A DNA stretch of 64,000 nucleotides from Candidatus Dormiibacterota bacterium (GCA_035534415.1 DATLSB010000164.1:445-64444), one strand, 5' to 3'. Shown: positions 53,962-63,480, numbered from the stretch's first letter. A program made the numbers and translations. The notes: a model not told the origin generated them from the sequence alone.

Positions 53962-55062
53962 CTACTTCTGACGTTTGTCTCCCCCGATAAATACCGCGCT
54001 GGTGCGCCGGGAAGCAGTCAACCCAGATGCGGGCTGTTCGGCTGCGCTAGTAGCCGCTTCCGCGGGTGCGGGCGCATTCACCGGAATCTTTCGCGCTCCT
54101 GGAGGCCGATTGCCTTCCGGCACCGTGATCGGCTCGAGCATGGCCTCCACTTCCTTGCGCCGCGATTCAAACCACGGCGGCAACAAGAGGCTTGTTCCCA
54201 ACTGATCGGCCGGCTCGTCCACCGCAAAGCCTTGCGGTACGTTAGCCGCGCACTCCACCAAAATTCCGCCCGGGCAGCGGCAATACACCGAGTGGAAATA
54301 CATGCGGTCCTTGATTTCAGACGCGTCCGTGTATCCCAGCTCGTCGTAAATTCCCTTCTGCTCGGCCAGCTTTTCGTCATTCTCCACTTCGAGAGCCAAG
54401 TGGTGCGCCGTGCCCGCGCCGAAAATCCAGCTGCCGGCCGGCCGATCGGGCTCGTGCAGTAGCGTCACCGTCTTCGCCGCTCCGCCTTCTCCGATTTCGA
54501 AGCGGTGGTATGGTCCCTCGACGCCGGTCTTGCGAAACCCAAGCGCGTCCACGAAGAACCGCTCCGTCTCCGGAATTTCACGAACCGAAAGAACCGGCCC
54601 ATGAAACCCTCGCGAGGTCACATCGCTGGTCACGTCCTTCGTCGTCCAACCCTTGCGCTTATCCGCATTATCCTCGAGCACTTCGAGCTGAATGCCGGAG
54701 GGATGGCTGAAGCGCACGAATTTCTGCCCGAACCGCTCCTGAATTCCGCCGTTTTTCACGCTGTGACGGTTCAGATGCTCGGCCCAAAACTTCAGCGAAC
54801 CTTTGGGAACCGTGTAGGCCGTCGATTGAATCTGCCCTGACCCCGGCTTGCCCTGCACGCGCTTGTACGGAAAAGTCGTATACACCGAGCCTGGCTCGGC
54901 GTCGGCGTTGGCATAGTACAGATGGTAGTGCGCGTAACGCCCGTCAAACAGAACCGTCTGCTTGATCAACCGCTGCCCGAACACTTGTGTCTGAAAGTCG
55001 ATATCCTCTTGCGCCCCACCCACGCACACAGTGATGTGATGAACTCCCTTTACCAGCGACAT
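53962..55062 (-). CDS. VOC-superfamily ring-cleaving dioxygenase-like protein (two glyoxalase/VOC domains)
   Basis: VKGVHHITVCVGGAQEDIDFQTQVFGQRLIKQTVLFDG..YHLYYAN. Start at MSLVKG with RBS GGAGGT 8 nt upstream. Confidence 0.8.
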   Translation of the reverse strand: MSLVKGVHHITVCVGGAQEDIDFQTQVFGQRLIKQTVLFDGRYAHYHLYYANADAEPGSVYTTFPYKRVQGKPGSGQIQSTAYTVPKGSLKFWAEHLNRHSVKNGGIQERFGQKFVRFSHPSGIQLEVLEDNADKRKGWTTKDVTSDVTSRGFHGPVLSVREIPETERFFVDALGFRKTGVEGPYHRFEIGEGGAAKTVTLLHEPDRPAGSWIFGAGTAHHLALEVENDEKLAEQKGIYDELGYTDASEIKDRMYFHSVYCRCPGGILVECAANVPQGFAVDEPADQLGTSLLLPPWFESRRKEVEAMLEPITVPEGNRPPGARKIPVNAPAPAEAATSAAEQPASGLTASRRTSAVFIGGDKRQK

Positions 55063-55430
55063 GTCTCTTACCTCCGCCGTGACCGCCACACCTTCGATTG
55101 TGGTTCATCGCGCCGAAAAGCGCCGCGGTTGCCCGCGCGTTTTCTCCGACCCCGCCTTCCGGAGCCTGCCCACCTGCGGCGGATTCTATACACGCCCGCG
55201 GCACACGCGCAAGTTTTAGTGGCCCGCCAATCCGCCGCCAATCGAACGCCGCCCGGAGTACGTCTGTTGACTGGAGGACCGACACTTGCATTCACGCTCG
55301 TACTAAGCGCTGGCCTGCCCTGCAAAACGAATCTCGAAATAGATGTTCGCGCTGGTCCATTTTATGGTACAAAGCGCGCGTCCGAAGGGTGGGACCGCCG
55401 CGCGCGTGTTTCTTTGGGGGCCTCCTAATT

Positions 55431-56432
55431 ATGGTCACCGGTCGTGAGGTTAGGTCACTAGGTTTCTTGCTGCTTGTACTGTTGTGCATGAGTACCGCCA
55501 CGCCGGCGACCGCGCGAATGGGTCCATCCGGCGAGGAATCGCAAAACCAGGTACACATCTGGCACGTGCAGGGCAATGTTTACATGCTAGTCGGAGCTGG
55601 CGCGAACATCACCGTCCAGGCGGGCGACGATGGCGTGCTGGTTGTGGACACCGGAACCGCTGCGATGAGCCAGCAAGTGCTCGCCGCCATCCGCTCCATT
55701 TCAGACAAACCGATCCGCTACGTCATCAACACCAGCGCGGATCCCGATCACACGGGCGGCAACTTGGTAATCGCGCAAGCAGGCAGCACGATCGCCGGAG
55801 GCAACGTCGTCGGCAATATCGGCGCCAGCGCCGGTGATCAGGCCACTGTGATCGCTTTCCAATCCGTGCTCGACCGCATGAGCGCGCCCACCGGCGAAAA
55901 GTCGCCCACGCCGCAAGGCGCATGGCCTACCGATACGTATACGACCGACGAAAAGAAGCTCTATTTCAATGGCGAGCCGATCCGCATCATTCACATAGCA
56001 AACGCGCATTCCGATGGCGATAGCATGGTTTTCTTTCAGAGGTCAGACGTTATCTCGACAGGCGACATCTTCTCTACCGTTTCGTATCCCGTCGTGGAGC
56101 TGGACAAAGGCGGCAACATCAACGGCCTGATTGACGGGCTGAATCGCATCATCTACCTCACCACTCCGATCTCCATGCAGGAGGGCGGTACGATGGTCAT
56201 TCCCGGTCATGGGCGCGAGTGCGACCAGTCGGACGTGAAGTGGTATCAGGAAATGGCCACCATCCTTCGCAATCGAGTTCAAACCTATATTAAGAGAGGC
56301 ATGACGCTCGAACAGGTGAAGCAGGCCAGTGTGACATTGGGTTACGATCCGCGCTATGGCGCGACGGAAGGCCCGTGGACCACGAAGATGTTTGTGGACG
56401 CGATGTACAAGAGCCTTACCGAAAAACACTGA
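55431..56432 (+). CDS. secreted MBL-fold protein with a non-canonical metal motif
   Basis: Signal peptide after MVTGREVRSLGFLLLVLLCMSTATPATA. ...VLVVDTG...YVINTSADPDHTGGN (S-x-D-x-D-H in place of H-x-H-x-D-H) ...NAHSDGD...IPGHG. Confidence 0.8.
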   Translation: MVTGREVRSLGFLLLVLLCMSTATPATARMGPSGEESQNQVHIWHVQGNVYMLVGAGANITVQAGDDGVLVVDTGTAAMSQQVLAAIRSISDKPIRYVINTSADPDHTGGNLVIAQAGSTIAGGNVVGNIGASAGDQATVIAFQSVLDRMSAPTGEKSPTPQGAWPTDTYTTDEKKLYFNGEPIRIIHIANAHSDGDSMVFFQRSDVISTGDIFSTVSYPVVELDKGGNINGLIDGLNRIIYLTTPISMQEGGTMVIPGHGRECDQSDVKWYQEMATILRNRVQTYIKRGMTLEQVKQASVTLGYDPRYGATEGPWTTKMFVDAMYKSLTEKH

Positions 56433-56497
56433 CGCGACTTTTGGGCGCCGCTGTCTTATTGTTATTAAGGGAATGCCTTTTTAGCAGGGGGAGTGCC

Positions 56498-56884
56498 ATG
56501 AAACAGAAAATCGCGGTTCTTTTTCTTGCCGTGTCCATTCTAGCCACTGGCGCGGCTTACGCACATCATTCTTTCGCGGCCACGTATTTCGTCGATCGCG
56601 AGATCACCGTCAAGGGCACCTTAACTCAGTTTCTCTATCGCAACCCGCACTCGTTCATCAAAATCCAGGGGCCCGATAGCGAGGGCCATATGCAAACGTG
56701 GTCAATCGAGTGGGGTGGCGGCGCTCAACTCACCCACGATCACGTTTCGCGCGATACGCTCCGGCCCGGAGACGTGGTGATCGTCACTGGCAATCCGGGA
56801 CGCGAAGCCAGCGAGCATCGCATCCGCTTGCACAAGATCGTACGGCCGTCCGACGGCTGGAAGTGGGAAGGCGTGATCATGTAG
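56498..56884 (+). CDS. small secreted protein whose mature N-terminus is His-His (DUF6152-like, from memory)
   Basis: MKQKIAVLFLAVSILATGAAYA / HHSFAATYFVDREITVKGTLTQFLYRNPHSFIKIQ...WSIEWGG. Confidence 0.75.
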   Translation: MKQKIAVLFLAVSILATGAAYAHHSFAATYFVDREITVKGTLTQFLYRNPHSFIKIQGPDSEGHMQTWSIEWGGGAQLTHDHVSRDTLRPGDVVIVTGNPGREASEHRIRLHKIVRPSDGWKWEGVIM

Positions 56885-56993
56885 CCGTTCTTTCGCCGGC
56901 CGATCGAGCTGGCGCAAGTTCGGCGGATCCGTAGTTGTCTGGGCCGAGTCGCGCTTGTCCGCGACAAGCGGCCTGACCGATGGAGGGGGAAGC

Positions 56994-57815
56994 ATGTACC
57001 GCCAAGTGTGCTTGAGGCGTATCCTGCCGCTCTGTCTGAGCCTGGCGGCGCTTTCGATCGCGATTCCCAGCCGCGCCAGCGCTCAGTTCGGCGGGTACCC
57101 TCCGCCAGCGCGCCCTGCGAATCCCCGCCAAATCGCGCCGCAGGATTTCACCGGCTATTGGGTCTCTCTCGTCACGGAAGACTGGCGCTGGCGGATGCTA
57201 ACTCCCGATAAAGGGGACTACTCAAGCGTTCCGCTGAACTCCGTTGGCAAAGCGCTGGCTGATACTTGGGATCCAGCCAAGGACACGGCCGCGGGCGAGC
57301 AGTGCAAGTCGTATGGCGCTCCTGCACTGATGCGGATTCCGACGCGCCTGCATATCGCGTGGGCGGATGACCATACGCTTCGCATCGATACAGATGCGGG
57401 CACCCAAACAAGACTCCTTCATTTCGATAGCGCCGCGCCTGCGGATTTCACTCCGTCGTGGCAGGGCTATTCGGTGGCCAGTTGGGAAGGCCTAAAGCAA
57501 GGCGGCATGTTCCGCCTGCCCACGGTCGCAGGCGGAGGCGCCCAGCAGACGCGCGCGCCAGAGGGATATCTGAAAGTCGTCACCACGCATCTGCGGCCCG
57601 GTTATCTGCGCAAAAATGGCGTGCCCTACAGCGCGAATACCGTTCTCGAGGAATATTACGACGGCTTCACCGAGCCCAACGGCGATAGTTATCTGGTGGT
57701 GACCACCATCGTCACCGATCCCCAATACCTGTCCCAGCCCTTCATCACCAGCTCGCACTTCAAAAAGCAGACGGATGCTTCCGGATGGAATCCCACCCCC
57801 TGCGAAGCGCGATGA
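56994..57815 (+). CDS. secreted hypothetical protein
   Basis: MYRQVCLRRILPLCLSLAALSIAIPSRASAQ signal peptide. No motif recognised. Confidence 0.7.
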   Translation: MYRQVCLRRILPLCLSLAALSIAIPSRASAQFGGYPPPARPANPRQIAPQDFTGYWVSLVTEDWRWRMLTPDKGDYSSVPLNSVGKALADTWDPAKDTAAGEQCKSYGAPALMRIPTRLHIAWADDHTLRIDTDAGTQTRLLHFDSAAPADFTPSWQGYSVASWEGLKQGGMFRLPTVAGGGAQQTRAPEGYLKVVTTHLRPGYLRKNGVPYSANTVLEEYYDGFTEPNGDSYLVVTTIVTDPQYLSQPFITSSHFKKQTDASGWNPTPCEAR

Positions 57816-57869
57816 CCCACAGCCGGATCGACGGGATCATTCCAATTTCGTCGGCCCCAAGGATGGGTG

Positions 57870-58373
57870 ATGTATCTCACTAGATTCCTGGTGTGGCTGG
57901 ACGCCACTCATTTCAGCCACTGGATGCGCGATTCGATCTATGCCGAGCCTATTGTGGAGAGCATTCACGTCCTCACGCTCACGTTCTTTCTGGGATTTGC
58001 CGTTCTCCTCGATCTGCGGTTGCTCGGCGTGTGCATGAAAAAGCGGCGCGTATCCGAGGTGCTCGGCCAATTCAATCCGTGCCTCTTCTGCGGATTCGCG
58101 GTGATGATCATTTCCGGAGTTTTGCTATTCTCCGGCGATCCGGTGGACTTTTACAGCACGAGTTTCTTCAAGATCAAAATGATTCTGCTGGTCTTCGCTG
58201 GACTGAACGTTTTGATCTTCAACGCCACCATTGGCCGCAAAGTGGCGGAATGGGATGCGGCGCTGAAAACTCCGAAGGCTGCGAAAGTCGCGGCCATCGT
58301 TTCTCTCGTGTTGTGGGCTGCCATCGTGGCCGCAGGCCGCGCTATCGCGTATGTGCTTCCGCCGCCATCATAA
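57870..58373 (+). CDS. 4-TM membrane protein, paralog 1 of 4 (DUF6644-like, from memory)
   Basis: ...AEPIVESIHVLTLTFFLGFAVLLDLRLLGV...FFKIKMILLVFAGLNVLIF...AGRAIAYV. Confidence 0.75.
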   Translation: MYLTRFLVWLDATHFSHWMRDSIYAEPIVESIHVLTLTFFLGFAVLLDLRLLGVCMKKRRVSEVLGQFNPCLFCGFAVMIISGVLLFSGDPVDFYSTSFFKIKMILLVFAGLNVLIFNATIGRKVAEWDAALKTPKAAKVAAIVSLVLWAAIVAAGRAIAYVLPPPS

Positions 58374-58399
58374 GGAGTCTCATTAGGAGATGAGCTACA

Positions 58400-58888
58400 A
58401 TGCATCCTGAAAAATGGCTCCTGGTGTTTTGCCAATGGGCGCTCAATTCGCATTTCGGCCACGGCGTGCGCGACTCCGTCTGGCTTTTCCCAGCCGTCGA
58501 AATCTGCCACCTGCTGGGACTCGCGGTGCTGGGCGGCACCGTTTTAATTTTGAATTTGCGCCTCATGAATCTGCGCTTCCCGAATGAACCGGTGGCCGAG
58601 TTGGCGCGCGACGTGCAGCCTCTCATGATCGGCAGCCTCATCGTCATGCTGATCTCCGGCTTTTTTCTGTTCTCTTCCGAGGCCGTGAAAATGTACGACA
58701 ATGTCGCGTTCCACTACAAAATGGTCTTTCTGCTACTCGCCATCGCCTTCACGTTCACCATTCACCGCAAAGTAGTGATGTCTGCCGAAGGCCGCGTGCC
58801 GCTATTCTGGCGCGTTGCCGTCGCTCTGCTTTCGCTGGCGCTGTGGGCTGGCGTGGGGCTCGCCGGCCGCGCGATCGGATACGTCTGA
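58400..58888 (+). CDS. 4-TM membrane protein, paralog 2 of 4
   Basis: ...LFPAVEICHLLGLAVLGGTVLILNLRLMNL...FHYKMVFLLLAIAFTF...AGRAIGYV. Confidence 0.75.
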   Translation: MHPEKWLLVFCQWALNSHFGHGVRDSVWLFPAVEICHLLGLAVLGGTVLILNLRLMNLRFPNEPVAELARDVQPLMIGSLIVMLISGFFLFSSEAVKMYDNVAFHYKMVFLLLAIAFTFTIHRKVVMSAEGRVPLFWRVAVALLSLALWAGVGLAGRAIGYV

Positions 58889-58943
58889 TGCGACAAATTG
58901 CCAGTCGCAAAAATAAATTTGAGATTTGTGAGCGTTGCCAGCC

Positions 58944-59426
58944 ATGATCGCTGAAATCGCCCAAGCCGCCAACGACTCGCTTTCGCTGAATCCCATCAAC
59001 CGCTGGGTATGGGTTTTCCCGGTGGTCGAATCGATCCATATCTGCGGGTTCGCGCTGCTGGTCGGCACTATCGCAGTGCTCGACTTGCGCTTGTCCGACC
59101 TATGCCTCACGCGCCAATCGATCAACCGGCTTGCTGAAGTGCTCGCGCCGTGGATTTACCTGGGCATCGCCATTCAATTCGTTACCGGACCGTATCTATT
59201 CTCGGCTTCTCCGCACGACTACGTTCACAATCCTTCGTTTCGCATGAAGATGATGTTCCTGGCTGCGGCGCTGATTTTTCACTTCACCGTGGTTCGCGGC
59301 ACGGCGGGAAAAACCGAACCGCTCGCGCCCGTCTGGCGGCGGCTGGTCGCAGTCGTATCGATGGGGCTGTGGATCGGCGTGATTCTCGGTGGGCTCGGCA
59401 TCGGATTCTGGGCGGTCAACGACTGA
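58944..59426 (+). CDS. 4-TM membrane protein, paralog 3 of 4
   Basis: ...VFPVVESIHICGFALLVGTIAVLDLRLSDL...FRMKMMFLAAALIFHF. Alternative TTG start at 58935. Confidence 0.75.
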   Translation: MIAEIAQAANDSLSLNPINRWVWVFPVVESIHICGFALLVGTIAVLDLRLSDLCLTRQSINRLAEVLAPWIYLGIAIQFVTGPYLFSASPHDYVHNPSFRMKMMFLAAALIFHFTVVRGTAGKTEPLAPVWRRLVAVVSMGLWIGVILGGLGIGFWAVND

Positions 59427-59439
59427 GAGGTATTTCGCG

Positions 59440-59928
59440 ATGTCGCTCCATTCAGCAGCTCAATGGCTGACCGATACGAACTTGAGCACCGCCCTGCGCG
59501 AAGATCCCTATCCCTATCCGGTACTCGGCACGATTCACGTGCTCAGCATCGCGCTTTTCGGCGGCATGGTGGCAATGGGCAATTTACGGGTGCTCGGCTA
59601 CGCCATGCGCGACGTGCCGGTGTCGCAAGTGATCGACCAATTTCGCCCGTGGAAATGGACTGGCTTCGCGATTCTGGCCGCCAGTGGGGTCGTGCTCACC
59701 CTGTCCGAGCCAATCGACTGCTACAAGAGCGTGTTTTTCTGGATTTCGCTGGTTCTGCTTGCGCTCGTCGGATTGAACGCGTGGCTCTTTCACTCCGGCA
59801 TCTATCGCCGCGTCTCCGAGTGGGATACGTCTGCTATCGCGCCGCCATCGGCCCGGCGATGGGCTTGGCTTTCGCTGGTGCTGTGGATCGCCCTCGTCTT
59901 CGCCGGACGCCTAATCGCCTTCGGCTGA
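59440..59928 (+). CDS. 4-TM membrane protein, paralog 4 of 4
   Basis: ...PYPVLGTIHVLSIALFGGMVAMGNLRVLGY...AGRLIAFG. Confidence 0.75.
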   Translation: MSLHSAAQWLTDTNLSTALREDPYPYPVLGTIHVLSIALFGGMVAMGNLRVLGYAMRDVPVSQVIDQFRPWKWTGFAILAASGVVLTLSEPIDCYKSVFFWISLVLLALVGLNAWLFHSGIYRRVSEWDTSAIAPPSARRWAWLSLVLWIALVFAGRLIAFG

Positions 59929-60045
59929 CCTGTCTGAAGATTTGCTCCGTGTCTCTGCTAAGACTCATTGCCAAAAAAGTCGCGACTCGTATTTTAGAGG
60001 AGCAGACCTTCAGAGACTGTGCGTGAAAACCGTAGGCGCTTTGTG

Positions 60046-60065
60046 GTCATGGCTTCAGCCATGAC
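60046..60065. terminator. perfect hairpin GTCATGGCT-TC-AGCCATGAC between convergent genes
   Basis: Read directly. No clear U-tract, so the terminator function is tentative. Confidence 0.3.
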
Positions 60066-60192
60066 ATAAACAAACGGCGCGCAGCGCCTTCCTTTGCGGC
60101 TGCGTCACCCGCCGCAAGCATTCGGCATTTTGGCTGTGGCGCTAAACAGCCGCAGCGCGCTTCCTACTCTCCAAGCTCCCGAAAGTTGGCGG

Positions 60193-61764
60193 CTAAATCG
60201 CGCCGTTTTTCATCTGCTCTTCAACGTATTCCGACTGCCGCAGCGTGAGCGCCACAATCGTCAGCGTCGGATTCTCTCCGCCGCTCGAAACAAACTGGCT
60301 GCCGTCGGAAACAAAAAGATTCTTCACGTCGTGGCTCTGGCCAAACTTATTCACCACGCCATCGCGCGCATTGTCAGCCATCCGAGCCGTGCCCATGTTG
60401 TGCGTCGAAGGATATGGCGGCACTCTGACGATCTTTTTTGCGCCGATCGAATCGTAGAGCGCGGTTCCCTGCTTGTACCCATGTTCCCGCATGGCCGTGT
60501 CGTTCGGATGATCGTCGAAATGCACGTTGGGAATGGGCATGCCGAACCGGTCTTTCTTATCCGCATCCACGGTGATGCGATTCGTTTCCTGGGGCAAATC
60601 CTCGCCAATTACCCAAAGCCCTGCCACGTTCGCATAATGATCGAGCACCCAGGCGCGCTCGCGTCCCCATCCGCCGGGAATCACATTTTGTGCGAAGCTC
60701 GGCAGCCCCTGCGGCAGCAGTTCCATCTGATAGCCGCCCACGAATCCGCGCTTCGCATTGAGCCGCGCTTCGTCCATCACGATTCCCGATTGCGCCGTGC
60801 CCCGATACATATGCACCGGTTTTTCGAACACGCCAAACGCCGTGCCGGTAGTGTGCTTCATATAGTTGCGTCCCACTTGCCCGGACGAATTTGCCAGCCC
60901 ATGCGGAAACATACTCGAATGCGAGTTCAGCAGCAGTCGCGGCGTTTCAATCGCATTGCATGCCACGGCAACCACGCGCGCTTTCTGCCGATGCTGCACG
61001 CCTTCGCTGTCTGTATAAATCACGCCGGTAACTTTTCCGGACGCGTCATGCTCGATCCGCAGCACCTGCGATTCCGCGCGGACCTCCGCTTTCCCAGTAG
61101 CTTCCGCGGCGGGAATTTCCACGTACATCGTCGACCACTTCGCCTGGAACGTGCAGCCCTGAATGCAGAATCCGGTCTGCTGGCACGACGCGCGCCCATC
61201 GCGCGGCACTGAATTTATGGCCATCGTGGGCACGCGAAATTCCGTGTAGCCGATCTTTTTCGCGCCTGCGAACAGCACCTTGCCGTGATTGCTGACCGGC
61301 AGCAGCGGAATTCCATGCCTTCCTGAAACGCCCATTTTGTCTTCCGCGCGGTCGTAGTACGGCTCCATCTCTTTCAGGTCGACCGGCCAGTCCATCAGAT
61401 TCGCGCCCGCAATATTCCCGTAATGCGTGCGCGGTTTGAATTCGTGTTCCTGAAGACGCAGCGCCACCGCTCCCCAATGGACGGTCGTGCCACCAACCAG
61501 CTTGCAAGTCCACACCGGCAATGTTGGAAAATTCTTCGCCACCGACCAGGTGCCAGACGTAGTGCGCGGGTCTTCCCAAGTGAACAAGCCAAACATCGCG
61601 ACCTCGTCGTTCTTGATGTCGCTCATCTGCAGCCGCTTCCCCGCTTCCAGCACGACCACAGGAATTCCTTTGTGCGCCAGCTCGTTCGCCAGCGTTGCGC
61701 CGCCCGCCCCGGAGCCAATGATCACCACTACTGATGAATCGTTCAGATCAAAGTTTGCGGGCAT
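60193..61764 (-). CDS. GMC-family FAD oxidoreductase (gluconate 2-dehydrogenase flavoprotein-like)
   Basis: VVIIGSGAGGATLANELAHKGIPVVVLEAG Rossmann motif. C-terminal GMC motifs ...HNMGTARM..., ...NLFVSDGSQF.... RBS GGAGG. Confidence 0.9.
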   Translation of the reverse strand: MPANFDLNDSSVVVIIGSGAGGATLANELAHKGIPVVVLEAGKRLQMSDIKNDEVAMFGLFTWEDPRTTSGTWSVAKNFPTLPVWTCKLVGGTTVHWGAVALRLQEHEFKPRTHYGNIAGANLMDWPVDLKEMEPYYDRAEDKMGVSGRHGIPLLPVSNHGKVLFAGAKKIGYTEFRVPTMAINSVPRDGRASCQQTGFCIQGCTFQAKWSTMYVEIPAAEATGKAEVRAESQVLRIEHDASGKVTGVIYTDSEGVQHRQKARVVAVACNAIETPRLLLNSHSSMFPHGLANSSGQVGRNYMKHTTGTAFGVFEKPVHMYRGTAQSGIVMDEARLNAKRGFVGGYQMELLPQGLPSFAQNVIPGGWGRERAWVLDHYANVAGLWVIGEDLPQETNRITVDADKKDRFGMPIPNVHFDDHPNDTAMREHGYKQGTALYDSIGAKKIVRVPPYPSTHNMGTARMADNARDGVVNKFGQSHDVKNLFVSDGSQFVSSGGENPTLTIVALTLRQSEYVEEQMKNGAI

Positions 61765-61879
61765 CCAGTGCCTCCGCCGTGGCGGCGCAACTTGCCCGCC
61801 GCCTATCTTCCGCTCGCGCCTTTGGCTTCATTCGCGCCTTCGCGTTCATTCCGCTTTCGCGCACCGTTGCGTCAGCCGC

Positions 61880-62422
61880 TTACAGCCAATCAAGATCGTT
61901 GAATCCGCGATGTAAATATCCGCTCTGCGCCGACGAGGGCCCCTGATATCCGAAAATCGGCCACAGCGCCCGCTGGTTGTAAAACGAAACCACCGTGGTG
62001 CCGTAAACCTTGGCGAAAAAAGGCCCCTGCTCGATCTGCTTGATGGCCGCCACGCGAACGTTTTCGTCAGCCACATCCGCGTACGTTTTCCCGGGCGCCG
62101 CTTTCGCTAGCCGGTTCAGCTGCGCGATTCCGCTAACCAGCAGTTTCTTCGCCGATAAATTCTTGGCTGCCTCATCGTTCAGCGGCACGATCGCCTGCGC
62201 GTAATACTTCTCGGCAATTTGCGAATGCGGGAAGAGATCGCGCACGAACTGGAGCAACACCCGCGCTTGCGCGGGCGTCAAAGTATCTAGCTCGATGGCA
62301 AAAGTGCCATGCGGGTCCACCAACATGGTCGCGCCGCTGACTGCAACCGTGACAATAGCTGCCGCACCGCTGGCCAGAAAGCCGCGGCGTGAAACCTTCA
62401 ACTTGCGGCTCGCGTCTTTCAT
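61880..62422 (-). CDS. gluconate 2-dehydrogenase subunit-3-like small Tat-signal protein
   Basis: MKDASRKLKVSRRGFLASGAAAIV (twin-Arg). RBS AAGGAG before ATG 62422. Directly upstream of the GMC flavoprotein. Confidence 0.75.
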   Translation of the reverse strand: MKDASRKLKVSRRGFLASGAAAIVTVAVSGATMLVDPHGTFAIELDTLTPAQARVLLQFVRDLFPHSQIAEKYYAQAIVPLNDEAAKNLSAKKLLVSGIAQLNRLAKAAPGKTYADVADENVRVAAIKQIEQGPFFAKVYGTTVVSFYNQRALWPIFGYQGPSSAQSGYLHRGFNDLDWL

Positions 62423-62554
62423 TTCGTCTCCTTGCAATACATTATCAGCCTCGGCCGCCAGCCGGTTGCTGCGCATTCCGGGCTGCGTTTGCTACCATAG
62501 AGGGCCGATAGCAGGAGAACATACCACTACAACCGACAAGGGGAACACACCGAT

Positions 62555-63061
62555 ATGAATTCGGGCTCAAATTATCGCTCGCCGGATAAACACAACCGGC
62601 TTTCGCAAGGAATCGCTTTCGCAGCTATTTTGTTGGCAGCCATTTTCCTGGTTCATTCGCAGATTTCCTTGCATGCCGTGAACGCCGCGCCAACCACCAC
62701 GCCGCCGGCGACCAAGACTACCGCGGACGGCGTCTACTCGCCGGATCAAGCGGCCAAAGGCAAAGATCTCTACTCGCAAAATTGCTCCGCCTGTCATTTG
62801 GACGACATGAGCGGCAGCGGCGAAGCGCCGCCGCTCGCCGGCGAGGGTTTTACGGACAGCTGGGACGGCCACACCGTCAACGAACTCGACCAGACCGTCC
62901 TGAACACCATGCCGCTCGACAATCCCGGCAGCCTCGATCCCAGCGATGCGCTCGCCATCGTCACGTACATCTTTCAAAAGAACAACATGCCTCCGGGCGC
63001 TGCACCGCTCAAGAACGACTCCGCCACGCTGAAGGACATCACCATCAGCACCAAAAAGTAA
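62555..63061 (+). CDS. membrane-anchored mono-heme c-type cytochrome
   Basis: N-terminal TM segment. A single CSACH heme motif and a distal Met (NTMPLDNPGSL). Confidence 0.8.
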   Translation: MNSGSNYRSPDKHNRLSQGIAFAAILLAAIFLVHSQISLHAVNAAPTTTPPATKTTADGVYSPDQAAKGKDLYSQNCSACHLDDMSGSGEAPPLAGEGFTDSWDGHTVNELDQTVLNTMPLDNPGSLDPSDALAIVTYIFQKNNMPPGAAPLKNDSATLKDITISTKK

Positions 63062-63129
63062 CACGCTGGAATCGCGCCGGCGCGGAGCAAATTTTCCGCG
63101 CCGGCGACGCCGCTCGCACGTGCTGCACC

Positions 63130-63480
63130 TCATCGACGGAACTTCCTCCGCACCGGAAAGGTAACCGGTCCAAATTGCGGCTTCCCGTCACCGTAAAGAT
63201 CGGCTTCATCGCTAATTTCAATCGGCTCGAAATATCGCAGGAGAGAATCCCGATCGGTCGTCTGCTCATACCTGCCTTCTTCATTGACCAACCATATTGC
63301 GTCGAGACCGTCCTGTTGGCTGTAATACCCAATTCGGAAGACACGCCCGATATCAGGTTTCCACCCAGGCGTTTTGCGATCACTGCGAACCAGGCGGAAG
63401 ATCGAACCGGGCGGAATGATCCTCGGCAACGCTGCCTTCCTGGCTTTCTTTCGGGACGTCTGAGTTTCTGTGCGCTGCAT
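63130..63480 (-). CDS. hypothetical protein
   Basis: 116 aa from MQRTETQ. Begins 7 nt after the PQQ-dehydrogenase stop. No motif recognised. Confidence 0.45.
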   Translation of the reverse strand: MQRTETQTSRKKARKAALPRIIPPGSIFRLVRSDRKTPGWKPDIGRVFRIGYYSQQDGLDAIWLVNEEGRYEQTTDRDSLLRYFEPIEISDEADLYGDGKPQFGPVTFPVRRKFRR

